Assembly (NCBI GenBank): GCA_003258735.1
Contig: QHME01000006.1
Coordinates: 22,518 to 86,517 of the forward strand
Length of the DNA stretch: 64,000 nucleotides
Source: Candidatus Melainabacteria bacterium
Lineage (GTDB): Bacteria > Cyanobacteriota > Vampirovibrionia > Gastranaerophilales > Gastranaerophilaceae
Direction of reading: 5' to 3'
The first letter of the stretch is position 1, and each line of letters begins with the position of its first letter. Below the pieces are notes generated by a model, which saw only the letters and a list, made by a program, of their open reading frames with translations, was not told the DNA's origin and made no database searches. Both the position numbers and the translations under genes were made by a program. Shown piece after piece: positions 26,501 to 34,970 of this stretch.

Positions 26501-29056
26501 AAAGATATTTATGGAACATTAGGGCTTGGCACGACTAATACAACCAACGATAGTCTTAATATAACTGTTACCAAAGTTGAGTCCAATACCGTTGCAACAA
26601 AGGCTGATGCTTTGGTTGCATTGACTAATACAGAACTAAAGGGTGCTGATGGAAGTATTTTAGACAAGACACTAAATCTCTTTGATGAAGATACTCTTGG
26701 GAATAAAACTCCTGCGAAATACAAGATATCAGATAATCTGGGAACTACTTATAAAAAGTTAAATATTGTTGGTGCAACAAAAATGGATTCCTCAGGAAAA
26801 CTTATTTTATCGGAATTAGATTTGAATGGTAAATCAGGTTTTGTGGTGAATGCGGATTCTACATTAACGCTTTCTGATATAAATTTGAAAGGCAATGAAT
26901 CCGTTATTAATAACGATAGTGGCTTTTTAATTTTTGCAAATAATAATATTGTTGACGGAAAAGTTACAGGGGCGCAAGCGACAAATACTGGGGTTTTGAA
27001 TATTGATGCTGATAATTTAGATGTTGCATTAACAAATGATGGAATTTTGAATTTGGGAATGGGTTCTGTAACAAAAGAAATTACAGGTACCGGAACAACA
27101 AATATTTTAGGCAATGTAAAAAATAATGTTTCAATATCACAAGGGGTAAATGTTAGTTCAACTGGAAATTTGACTGTTGGTGCAAATATTTGGGATTTAG
27201 TAAATAATGGAACAGTCAATGCAAATTCTAGTAATCTATATGGTACAATAAACAATTCCGGAACATTGAACTTGTCAGGAACATTAGATAAAGTTATTGC
27301 CGGAAATGGGATAACTAAAGTTTTAGGAAGTAGTTTAACTTTAGTTGATGGTGCTGAGATTAAAGGTTCTTTAGAGGCAAATAATCAAACTCTAAATGTT
27401 TTGGCAACAAATACTTATAGTATGTTTAACAAAGTGAAGGTGAATTCAGGAACAATTAATCTAATTAACAATAACATTAACGACATGTTTGCTAATTCAT
27501 TGAGTATAAACGGAAATGTTAATTTGTTATTAGATGCCGATTTGGCAAATTCTTCAATGGATAGACTTCCTTCAAAAACGGTTGCTAATTCTTTTATTAC
27601 AGTTAGAGGTATAAATTTATTATCAGATTCTAAAACCGAAAGAACATATATTCCATTTGCTTATGATAGCTTTAAAGATAAAGTCCAAACAAATATAACA
27701 GAGGTTGGAAAGGGAGTTGAAAACCCATATCAAACGACTACATTTGCCCCAATTTATAAGTATAATGTAAGTTATAATCCGAGTAACGGTTATTTCTTAT
27801 TTTCTCGAGGTGGAGGGCAAAGCTCTGCTGATTTCAATCCTGCGGTATTATCTAGTGCTGTGAATTCTCAAGTTGGAGCATATTCTGCAGTAAACGAAAC
27901 TTTTAATTACGCATTTAGACATTCGGATTATTCATTTATGCCGTTGCCAAAGAGAATTAGAACTTTATCTAATCAATATGCAATAACTGATTCTCAATCA
28001 ATTCGGTATGAAAGAGAATATTCAAAAGCTGGTGGTATTTGGTATCAACCATACGCAAATTTTGAAAATGTTGGATTATCTAACGGACCAAGAGTTGATG
28101 TTCAATCTTACGGTTCATTGGTAGGTGGGGATAGTGCTTACAAACAACTTAAAAAAGGTTGGGGAACCGTAACAACCCCTTATATTGGATACAATGGAAC
28201 GTCTCAACATTACTCTGGAGTTTCAACCGTTACAAATGGTGGAATATTAGGTTTAACTCAAACTTTTTATCGCGGAGATTTCTTTACAGCATTAACGGTA
28301 AATGCCGGTGCAAGTGTCGGTGAATCAAATACAATGTATGGAAAAGAAAATTATACAGCATTAATGGCTGGTGTTGGTAGTAAAACCGGATATAATTTTG
28401 AGTTTAATAATGGTAAATTTATTATTCAACCTTCTATGCTGATGGCATATACTTACGTAAATACTTTTGATTATACAAATGCTTCTGGTGTAAAAATATC
28501 TTCAGACCCACTACATTCAATCCAAATACATCCAACTATTAAATTTATGGGTAATGTTGGTAAAGGTTGGCAGCCGTATGCAAGTGTTGGTATGGTTTGG
28601 AATATTTTAAATGATACCAGAGTTACAGCGAATGATGTTCGCTTACCGGAAATGAGTATAAAACCTTATGTTGAATATGGTGTGGGGTTACAAAAAAGCT
28701 GGCATGAAAAATTCACAGGATTTATTCAAGCAATGCTGAGAAATGGTGGGAGAAATGGTGTTGCATTGACATTTGGTTTTAAATGGTCTTTAGGTAATGA
28801 GAGTAAACCTGTTGAAAAAGTTCAGAATAATTTTAAAAATGTCGTAAAAACATCTATTGTCCCAGTTCAAAAGGTTGAAGAATCTTCCCAAAGTTTTGTG
28901 CAATTACCAATAAAAACAATTCAAAGAGTTAATACTGATTCCCAAAACCTAATTCAACCTTCAAATAACAGCAGGTTAAATATTTTAACACCACAACAAG
29001 TGGCGCAGAGGGCAAATATTGTTGCTATAAACAACACAACCAAAGCTAAATTTTGA
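23519..29056 (+). CDS. giant type Va autotransporter/adhesin-like protein (beta-helical passenger + C-terminal beta-barrel with an extra C-terminal tail)
   Basis: About 1845 aa from the ATG at 23519, giving the signal peptide MRKLKSRRRKNILLYSTILSLIVGSNSFAIA. The ORF-track start 23399 adds a non-secretory leader. The passenger is Gly/Asn/Thr-rich with repeated GG[VI]I.N motifs. The region around residues 1500-1800 has alternating-hydrophobic beta-strands ending ...ALTFGFKW. This is followed by a polar tail of about 85 aa whose final residue is F. Confidence 0.7.
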   Translation: MRKLKSRRRKNILLYSTILSLIVGSNSFAIAKDVTVSSGDELKKVIQEITAEPTNTNIYFANDIDISGKDITVGTNVIEIDGGGKSLINEKDSRFKFVDNRKSSLTLKNLKYVGKNSSINVNNANTTISLENVDISGRTTSAVKDGPVLFLKDCDTTLNKVSVSSSIVNIQNDSIYGGIINIQSSKSKGVITDLIDNQITSAGNVLGGLIYNRRTLTPVGGLNLDGNVNENKVTAKVNIFGGILNNEGSSIQSINWNEVKGNTITATNNAVTGGFIQNKLGTIDNLYIKSFSDNTIISNSKIDGGLIYNEGGTINGTLKIEEITGNTLKAKTDFNGLITNVAGNINSISIDSVSNNKFEMNFLRGGVINLQGAKVNDINIGEINNNNIIGINDSTIIGRENSTSTGFVLYLRELPTDAKISSSIGNVTVGQIKDNTIESTNITSLLLRTALVPVEDAIVISKNGNITVDDISNNNLVAIDCDDNARGGIIYNFLYGGVKTINTTVSLGDINLKQVSNNRLESTISTSTSGETKALGGRHASGGIIANSIQSCQGNAIIKSINGEYIGNSLVSKSKIMDASGGVISNSINGQGNAFVGIGYTLDENNKIIPVADAILGTYKNNSVQATELSSNGGVIANHVEKSLEHNDIAQIGNIKAYFSGNYALSTKNSAYGGAIANFYAKSEEDYKNAIIDSINSIFENNYAKTESADASKGAYGGAIVNTATIKAINNSIFKNNYASSINGSSAHGGAIYTRQDLVINANNNGLSEFTGNYVSTDGGATKNYEAINVGASGKTLTLNATTNGTILLNDYINGVSGYNVLLTGDSTGTIKLFDNADIKGGANVTVDGDVVIDTADGVIQNFSEFNSLNSSESARYNIDIDLSKANGNKLDYAVGDKISDGFTTKSTSNGGSVTLDRLNFVNASLNEDILNKNLKVQIIQNNDNTNNLQLALSEKLTPFVSSAGIISQIVKTETKDLTPTVNYKDIFGEIITTKDIYGTLGLGTTNTTNDSLNITVTKVESNTVATKADALVALTNTELKGADGSILDKTLNLFDEDTLGNKTPAKYKISDNLGTTYKKLNIVGATKMDSSGKLILSELDLNGKSGFVVNADSTLTLSDINLKGNESVINNDSGFLIFANNNIVDGKVTGAQATNTGVLNIDADNLDVALTNDGILNLGMGSVTKEITGTGTTNILGNVKNNVSISQGVNVSSTGNLTVGANIWDLVNNGTVNANSSNLYGTINNSGTLNLSGTLDKVIAGNGITKVLGSSLTLVDGAEIKGSLEANNQTLNVLATNTYSMFNKVKVNSGTINLINNNINDMFANSLSINGNVNLLLDADLANSSMDRLPSKTVANSFITVRGINLLSDSKTERTYIPFAYDSFKDKVQTNITEVGKGVENPYQTTTFAPIYKYNVSYNPSNGYFLFSRGGGQSSADFNPAVLSSAVNSQVGAYSAVNETFNYAFRHSDYSFMPLPKRIRTLSNQYAITDSQSIRYEREYSKAGGIWYQPYANFENVGLSNGPRVDVQSYGSLVGGDSAYKQLKKGWGTVTTPYIGYNGTSQHYSGVSTVTNGGILGLTQTFYRGDFFTALTVNAGASVGESNTMYGKENYTALMAGVGSKTGYNFEFNNGKFIIQPSMLMAYTYVNTFDYTNASGVKISSDPLHSIQIHPTIKFMGNVGKGWQPYASVGMVWNILNDTRVTANDVRLPEMSIKPYVEYGVGLQKSWHEKFTGFIQAMLRNGGRNGVALTFGFKWSLGNESKPVEKVQNNFKNVVKTSIVPVQKVEESSQSFVQLPIKTIQRVNTDSQNLIQPSNNSRLNILTPQQVAQRANIVAINNTTKAKF

Positions 29057-29094
29057 TTAGCATTTGGTTTTTGTCACCGAAATTTTATTTAGCT

Positions 29095-29505
29095 TTATAA
29101 AATCCGTTTGCCATTGGCAAACATTTTTACAATTTTTCCTTCTAGATTCCTGATGGTTTCATTGATGTAGTTGTTTGCAGGTTTGGTTTTGGATTCAAAA
29201 ACTTCAGTTATATGGTACAATGAGTCTTTGATTTCTTTGGTGATAGTCCTTGTGTACTCCTGCGATTTGTTTTTATAATGCTCAATCATTTTGTTTGGTA
29301 GGTATGTGTATTCCTGAATCGCTACGCGGTTTCCGCAATTGTCAAAAGTTTCGACTTTTAAAAATTTATCTGTTTTTGCGTCTTTTTCTATATATTTTAA
29401 TAATTTGTTATCGTCAGAAAATTCTTTAGAATACGTGATGGAGTCAGTTTGTCCTGTTTCTATTCGATTACCAAATGTGGTATTATTTATGCAAAAAATT
29501 TTCAT
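29095..29505 (-). CDS. hypothetical protein
   Basis: 136-aa ORF. A convergent hairpin terminator (GTTTGCC-ATTG-GCAAAC) at 29103..29126 is shared with the autotransporter gene. Confidence 0.35.
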   Translation of the reverse strand: MKIFCINNTTFGNRIETGQTDSITYSKEFSDDNKLLKYIEKDAKTDKFLKVETFDNCGNRVAIQEYTYLPNKMIEHYKNKSQEYTRTITKEIKDSLYHITEVFESKTKPANNYINETIRNLEGKIVKMFANGKRIL

Positions 29506-29653
29506 ACTTATTATAAATCTTTAACAAGCTATTTTTTGCTATTATGCAAATGCTAACAAATGTAACAAAAACTGGGTCTTTTGAAATTTCAGTTGTAAAA
29601 TCTTTTTTATAAATATATCAGTTAAAAATACTGACTTTTGTTCATTTTGAATG

Positions 29654-29682
29654 GAAAGGGGCGAAGAGCCCCTTTCATTTTG
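29654..29682 (+). terminator. orphan rho-independent terminator-like hairpin
   Basis: GAAAGGGGC-GAAGA-GCCCCTTTC (9-bp GC-rich stem) followed by ATTTTGTGTT. No plus-strand CDS lies upstream. Confidence 0.5.
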
Positions 29683-29738
29683 TGTTGAGGGGTTGTAAAT
29701 AATTTTTCAAGTGTTAGGATGGTCTTGCAAAAATATTT

Positions 29739-29809
29739 TCCCGAATCGTCTAGTGGTAGGACGAAAGATTCTGGCTCTTTTAACGGTGGTTCGAATCCAT
29801 CTTCGGGAG
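29739..29809 (+). tRNA. tRNA-Gln (anticodon CTG)
   Basis: Acceptor TCCCGAA/TTCGGGA (U1-A72) with discriminator G73; 3-bp D-stem GTC/GAC; anticodon stem AAAGA/TCTTT with loop TTCTGGC; T-arm GGTGG-TTCGAAT-CCATC. U1-A72, G73 and G10 are Gln identity elements. Confidence 0.8.
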
Positions 29810-29957
29810 AATTTTTATTGAGATATGCGAGTATCTAATGTTTATTCGAAGAGTCTTCGAACCACAGATATTTTTTCGTGAGTCTCAAAAATATCGTGGT
29901 TTTACCTATAAGGTACCCTCATCTGCTCGGCTCGTGTCTCTCGCCGGCATCTGAGCT

Positions 29958-29975
29958 GAAATCCATCTTCGGGAG
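29958..29975 (+). repeat. direct repeat of the tRNA-Gln 3' end (att-like scar)
   Basis: AAATCCATCTTCGGGAG repeats the last 17-18 nt of tRNA-Gln (GAATCCATCTTCGGGAG at 29792..29809). It lies 148 bp downstream of the tRNA. Confidence 0.6.
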
Positions 29976-30164
29976 TATTTCTATTAATTTTATACATCTT
30001 TGATTAATTCATTTATTCCTCGTAATGACGTAATTTTATGTCATGTTGTTTCGGAATCTCAATTCTCACTTTGTTTAGCTAGAGATTTAAATAGAATAAA
30101 ATCTACTTCACGAATACTATACGAGGTCAGAGTAACGCGTTCTTCTGTCTTATGCAAACCTTTC

Positions 30165-30809
30165 TTATTCCTGAGTTGGAATTGGCTCTTCTGAATCTAT
30201 TGCTTGTGATTGGTCATTTGTTTGAATATTCTGTGTATCTTGTATTGTTTGCGGTTGTGTCTCAGATGGTATTGTTTGTACATCTCTGCTATATCCGTCA
30301 ATTGTTCTATTTATTCTGATGTTGCTGTCAGTTGGAAGGTTTTCGGATTTTTGGATTTCGTCCAAAATGTTATTTAATTCTGTCTTATATGATTGTGTTT
30401 TATTACACGTTTTGTAGTTGTCAAGCATAGAGACCAATCCGCGAACATTTCCGGCAGCTACACTTCTTTTAGATTCATCAAGCTCCATTCTGCGACTCGT
30501 TAGGCGGTACAACTCAATTGCGTTATGCTGAGCGTAATCAAGATAAACACAAGATGCATTTTTTATTGGGATGTTTTTGTTTTGGTTTAATTTTTGGTTC
30601 AAAAAATCTGCAAAAGATAAGTATTTGTAATATTTGTCAGTAGAAGACATTTGGTTGTTATCGTCAATCAATTCAAAGTCAATTTTGTCTCCCAAATTTT
30701 TGAGTTCTAAGTAGCTTGAAATGGAATACACACCAAGAGCTCCACCTATTACCAAAAACATAATTCCAAGCATTAGTAAATCATTATTATTTGAACGATT
30801 GTCGTACAT
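30165..30809 (-). CDS. membrane-anchored protein with Gln/Thr-rich C-terminal tail
   Basis: Start taken as the internal ATG at 30809 (MYDNRSNNNDLLMLGIMFLVIGGALGVY), giving one N-terminal TM helix. The low-complexity C-terminus is QTIQDTQNIQTNDQSQ. Confidence 0.4.
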   Translation of the reverse strand: MYDNRSNNNDLLMLGIMFLVIGGALGVYSISSYLELKNLGDKIDFELIDDNNQMSSTDKYYKYLSFADFLNQKLNQNKNIPIKNASCVYLDYAQHNAIELYRLTSRRMELDESKRSVAAGNVRGLVSMLDNYKTCNKTQSYKTELNNILDEIQKSENLPTDSNIRINRTIDGYSRDVQTIPSETQPQTIQDTQNIQTNDQSQAIDSEEPIPTQE

Positions 30810-30933
30810 CTCTCTATCTTCCTCTAAAATTCCTTTCAGATTATAACATATTTCAAAGTAAAAGACCATTCATTCGAATTATATATATTTTAATGAAAAT
30901 ATGCTATAATTCAAAGAAGAAAGTTGGAAATTT

Positions 30934-31566
30934 ATGAAAAAATTGTTTTTGATGTTATCAATTGTAGCTGTGGCTATTCTTGTGAGTAGCAAAGGTTTTG
31001 CAGATGTTGTAACAAAAAGACCTGTAAATAGACCGAGTACAGCAACTCAGCACAGACCGAATTACAATAACACAACTCAAACTCAGCGAAAATCTACCGG
31101 AAATAAGTTGGCAGATAATGTCATGATGTGCAAACCATACAGTGAAAGTTTAAACTCTAATGTTGGTGGTATGAATTTTAATTTCAATGTGAGAATTGAA
31201 GGTTGGGTCAATAACAAATGTCGTTTGAATTTTGTTGCTCGTTCTACAGGTATAAATGAAATATTTAAGTCTTTATATGGTGTAGATGCATCTCAAGCTT
31301 CAATTTATACATTTGAACCAAAAATAAGATGTGATTTTACAAAACAGCAATTGATTACTGTTGGGGATTCGATTTTGCAAGAACAAGAACGCAACAATGG
31401 TGCAACAAACAATATGCTCAAAAATCCGCAGGATATCGTTATTCCAACAAGTTTGTCCGCATCTGATGCAAGTTTGATGAATGTGATTTTGAATGAGAGA
31501 GCGTGTACAATTTTAAATGCAGGGGATTCAAATGGTATGTTTGAATCACTGTTTAACAGTTTTTAG
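30934..31566 (+). CDS. secreted Cys-containing protein, paralog family member 1
   Basis: 210 aa with signal peptide MKKLFLMLSIVAVAILVSSKGFA. Shares GWVNNKC.L, K.RCDFTK.Q and ACTI.N motifs with 31592..32329. Confidence 0.45.
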   Translation: MKKLFLMLSIVAVAILVSSKGFADVVTKRPVNRPSTATQHRPNYNNTTQTQRKSTGNKLADNVMMCKPYSESLNSNVGGMNFNFNVRIEGWVNNKCRLNFVARSTGINEIFKSLYGVDASQASIYTFEPKIRCDFTKQQLITVGDSILQEQERNNGATNNMLKNPQDIVIPTSLSASDASLMNVILNERACTILNAGDSNGMFESLFNSF

Positions 31567-31591
31567 GAATTTATTATTATAGGAGAAAAGA

Positions 31592-32329
31592 ATGAAAAAG
31601 ATTAAAATATTAGCATTAGCTGTAGTGATGTTTTTGGGTGTTCAATCGGCATCTAATGCTATTCAGACAACAAATTTGAATGAACAAAAGGCAATTAACA
31701 AAAATGTTGCAATTCAGGCAAGAGAAACTGGGGCAACAAACCCTTATGAGGCTTTTGCGGTAGAAAAACTTGATACTTTAGTTAGTCGTTATTACAACAA
31801 TCTCAGAGAGTGTGAACCTCTACATATTAGTGAATATATAGATATTTTCGGATTGAAAGTAGGATTCAAAATAGATATGAACGGATGGGTGGATAACAAG
31901 TGTTCTCTTGAAATGACAGGCAAAATCTCAGGTATTGGTAAAGATATTCGAGATGTGTTTGAAGTGAAGATTTCAGATGATGCAATTGCAAAAATTGAAC
32001 CTCTTGTAAAATGTAATTTTACAAAAGACCAAATGAATATAATTGTTGATGCAATTATTGCAAGAAATCAAAAAAATGAAACTCAAATTCGTCAAATGTT
32101 TGAAAAGCCGACAAAGAAATACAAAGATGAGCCAACTAAATTAACTAAAGAAGAAGAGGCTTTAGTTGCAATGCTTATGAGTGGTGGTGCTTGTACAATT
32201 CCTAATCAGGAAGAGTTGATGAAAAATCTCACAGAGATTATGATGCCAACAACAACTCCACCTGCGAAAAATCCAAATCCGATAAATATTGATAACAAAA
32301 TAAATATGCCACAAGCACCGACAAAATAA
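31592..32329 (+). CDS. secreted Cys-containing protein, paralog family member 2
   Basis: 245 aa with signal peptide MKKIKILALAVVMFLGVQSASNA. Conserved GWVDNKCSLEM, VKCNFTKDQ and GGACTIPN motifs; Pro-rich C-terminus. Confidence 0.45.
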   Translation: MKKIKILALAVVMFLGVQSASNAIQTTNLNEQKAINKNVAIQARETGATNPYEAFAVEKLDTLVSRYYNNLRECEPLHISEYIDIFGLKVGFKIDMNGWVDNKCSLEMTGKISGIGKDIRDVFEVKISDDAIAKIEPLVKCNFTKDQMNIIVDAIIARNQKNETQIRQMFEKPTKKYKDEPTKLTKEEEALVAMLMSGGACTIPNQEELMKNLTEIMMPTTTPPAKNPNPINIDNKINMPQAPTK

Positions 32330-32330
32330 G

Positions 32331-33050
32331 ATGAAAGAGGTTTTTCTAAAATCTATAGATAATACAAAAATTGCACTGAATCACTATAATCACAATAGTG
32401 ATTCAGTCGTTATTTTATGCCCCGGATGGTTTATGACAAAAGATTCTGCGGTTTTTAAAAATATTGCAAAAGATTTTGCTAAACATTTTGATGTAATTGC
32501 GATGGATTTTCGCGGCCATGGTAAAAGTGGGGGATTTTACACATTTACGAGCAATGAAGAAAAGGATTTGGCATGTGTTGTAGAATATGCGCAACAGTTT
32601 TATAAAAAGATTTATCTTTGCGGATTTTCTCTTGGTGGAGCTTTGGTTATTTTGCATGGCGCAAAATATAACAATGTTAATAAAATTGTTGCAATTTCAG
32701 CTCCATCAGATTTTATGAAAATCGAAAATCGTATGTATTCGCCTGATGCGTGGATTCCGACATTGTTTGACAAGTTTGAACCTTTGCGATGGTTTACAAT
32801 TCGTGCAGGTTTTCCGTTGTTAAAGAAAGACAGACCGATTGATTTTGTTGATAAAATCAATGTTCCGACAATGTTTATAGCAGGAGAAAAGGATCCAACT
32901 GTATTTCCTTGGCATACTGAAAACTTGTATAACAATGCAGTTTGCAAAAAAGAATATAAATTGTTCAAAAAAACGCGACATGCGGAAGACTTATACATAG
33001 ATTATCCGCAAGAATTTATAAAAACCTGTGTTGATTGGTTTAGTGACTAG
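32331..33050 (+). CDS. alpha/beta-hydrolase fold serine hydrolase
   Basis: 239 aa. Nucleophile elbow G-F-S-L-G-G, an upstream HGxxK oxyanion region, and C-terminal Asp/His residues. No signal peptide. Confidence 0.65.
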   Translation: MKEVFLKSIDNTKIALNHYNHNSDSVVILCPGWFMTKDSAVFKNIAKDFAKHFDVIAMDFRGHGKSGGFYTFTSNEEKDLACVVEYAQQFYKKIYLCGFSLGGALVILHGAKYNNVNKIVAISAPSDFMKIENRMYSPDAWIPTLFDKFEPLRWFTIRAGFPLLKKDRPIDFVDKINVPTMFIAGEKDPTVFPWHTENLYNNAVCKKEYKLFKKTRHAEDLYIDYPQEFIKTCVDWFSD

Positions 33051-33759
33051 TCCTTTTATCTCCTGTACCGGAGCGATATCCGCAAAATGCATAAATAAAT
33101 GGCAAAGCTCGTTCAATTTTAATCTTTTTCGCAAAAGGAATTTTTGCAAGAACCATAATAGCGACAAAGTCATCAATATTGGCAATCATGTCAATTAATT
33201 TTAATTCACGTTTTGGCTTTTTGGCTTCTTTATCATTTCGCAATTTGTTTGAAATTGCAATTGCTGTATTAGAACCAATTGCAACCCCAAATGCAGAAAC
33301 TATAATTTTGACAAAGTTATTATTGATTTTTGCAGATTTGCATTTTTCAACAAGTTTGATACTGCCATCAACAAGTAACAATGGTAAAGTTGTCAATGAC
33401 ATTTGGAAAGCTCCCTCTTTCCATTTTTTCTTTTGGTCTTTTTTAGATTCACCGATGGAACTTAACAAAATTCCACCAATATTACCTGCTGCAGCCATAC
33501 CAATCATTTTGTAGGCATTATATTCAAGTTTGAACATATTATTCACTTTTTGGTGCTTCATAAAAGCGAGAACAGGTATCGCAACACCCAAAGATGAACC
33601 TACACCAGCCAAAATTCTATCTTTTTTAGACAAGCTGTATTCAGAATCTTTAGACTTTTCCAAGTTTATGTAACCGTAAGAAATATTCTTACGATTAGCC
33701 ATAAAACTTTTCATATTGTGCCTTTGAGACACATTTGTTGTGATTGATTCAATTGCCAT
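33040..33759 (-). CDS. membrane protein, unknown
   Basis: 239 aa with several Gly/Ala-rich TM helices (AGVGSSLGVAIPVLAF, IGMAAAGNIGGILL, VSAFGVAIGSNTAIAI). Confidence 0.35.
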   Translation of the reverse strand: MAIESITTNVSQRHNMKSFMANRKNISYGYINLEKSKDSEYSLSKKDRILAGVGSSLGVAIPVLAFMKHQKVNNMFKLEYNAYKMIGMAAAGNIGGILLSSIGESKKDQKKKWKEGAFQMSLTTLPLLLVDGSIKLVEKCKSAKINNNFVKIIVSAFGVAIGSNTAIAISNKLRNDKEAKKPKRELKLIDMIANIDDFVAIMVLAKIPFAKKIKIERALPFIYAFCGYRSGTGDKRTSH

Positions 33760-33822
33760 AATTGTGAATCCTGCCCCAAGTGTGTATACTACACTAAATC
33801 AAAATTTATGTAAAGTAGTATT

Positions 33823-34857
33823 TTAATTTCTTATTGCAAAAGGCAGAGACAGATTATTTTCTTTTTTTATTGGCAAAATGTCCCAGCTTGCCATATTTAA
33901 ACAATCTTCAACATGAATTTTTGATAATTGGTCGTTATCATATTCAGCCGTATATTTTCTAATCAGCACATGGTTTTCATCATAGTGTAATTCTTGGATT
34001 TCGCGACCATTATCATCATAGGTAAATTCGACATCAATATATAAATCAGGAAGTTTTTTGTTTTGGTATTTGAATTTGTCAGGAGTGATTTGGAAGAATT
34101 CAACAATTTCGCCTTTATCATTATAAATATAGTGCTTGCCGTTTGAATAATAATATTCTTCTATTTTATTGTCGTTTGAATCGTATTTGATGTATTTCAA
34201 AACTTTGTCATTGATATTTTCATCAAAACTTGTCACTGCAGATTTCCTTACAAGTTCTTCTGTATATAACAAATCCTCGGTATCACTGTTAAAGGTTTGA
34301 CAACTCATCAAATAGCCAAATTCATCAAACTTACAATCTTTGAGGATGTTCACTTGTTCTTCTTCTGATGGTGTTACCATTTTAATATTTTTAGTGTCAA
34401 AATATTCACCATCTTTAATCAAAACTTCGGAAATCGCGTGTTCATTTGGTTGTGATATGAAATTAGGGGTATCGTTTACTATAAGTCTTTCATTATATAT
34501 ATAATTTATGATATCAGGTTGCACCTTTTGGGTGCAAAAGTTAGGATTGTCTTTGGTGAAACAATTTTGTGGTTTTTCAGGATAATTAAATCTGACAAAT
34601 TCAAGTGAATCCAATTCATTTTTAGCTAAATAAATGAAAGATTTCATTGTTGTCGGTTTAAAATATTCACTTGGCCAAAGTTTTGAAAATTCAACTCCGT
34701 CATTGTCTGCAATGGCTTGAATTTTATTTACTACATTTAGTTTTTGGAAGTTTTCAATATTTTGAAAACCTTTAAATGTAACGTTATAATTGTCGGCTGC
34801 AAAAGCAACAGAACCTGCCAAAATTATGCTTAATCCTGCTAATATTTTCTTATACAT
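33823..34857 (-). CDS. secreted protein, unknown
   Basis: 344 aa; signal peptide MYKKILAGLSIILAGSVAFA; Tyr/Asp/Asn-rich. Confidence 0.45.
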   Translation of the reverse strand: MYKKILAGLSIILAGSVAFAADNYNVTFKGFQNIENFQKLNVVNKIQAIADNDGVEFSKLWPSEYFKPTTMKSFIYLAKNELDSLEFVRFNYPEKPQNCFTKDNPNFCTQKVQPDIINYIYNERLIVNDTPNFISQPNEHAISEVLIKDGEYFDTKNIKMVTPSEEEQVNILKDCKFDEFGYLMSCQTFNSDTEDLLYTEELVRKSAVTSFDENINDKVLKYIKYDSNDNKIEEYYYSNGKHYIYNDKGEIVEFFQITPDKFKYQNKKLPDLYIDVEFTYDDNGREIQELHYDENHVLIRKYTAEYDNDQLSKIHVEDCLNMASWDILPIKKENNLSLPFAIRN

Positions 34858-34970
34858 AATCTCTCCAACTTTATTCTAATAATCTTAGTGTACAAAACTC
34901 AACAAAAACTCACATCATCTGATAATATTAGAATATTCGTGCTAGAATGATTTTACTTGGTGAACTTATT

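Noticed and set aside
23503-27255. Several 60-170-aa antisense ORFs inside the autotransporter gene (23503..24018, 24271..24588, 26509..26724, 26749..27255), and similar antisense ORFs inside other long genes
   Set aside because: They lie entirely within strongly supported long CDSs on the opposite strand, are low-complexity and have no RBS. They are typical spurious frames in AT-rich DNA.
29810-29957. Possible second (degenerate) tRNA between tRNA-Gln and its 3'-end repeat
   Set aside because: The segment has no 5' acceptor arm complementary to the repeated 3' end and no D or anticodon cloverleaf. It is better explained as att-site duplication spacer.
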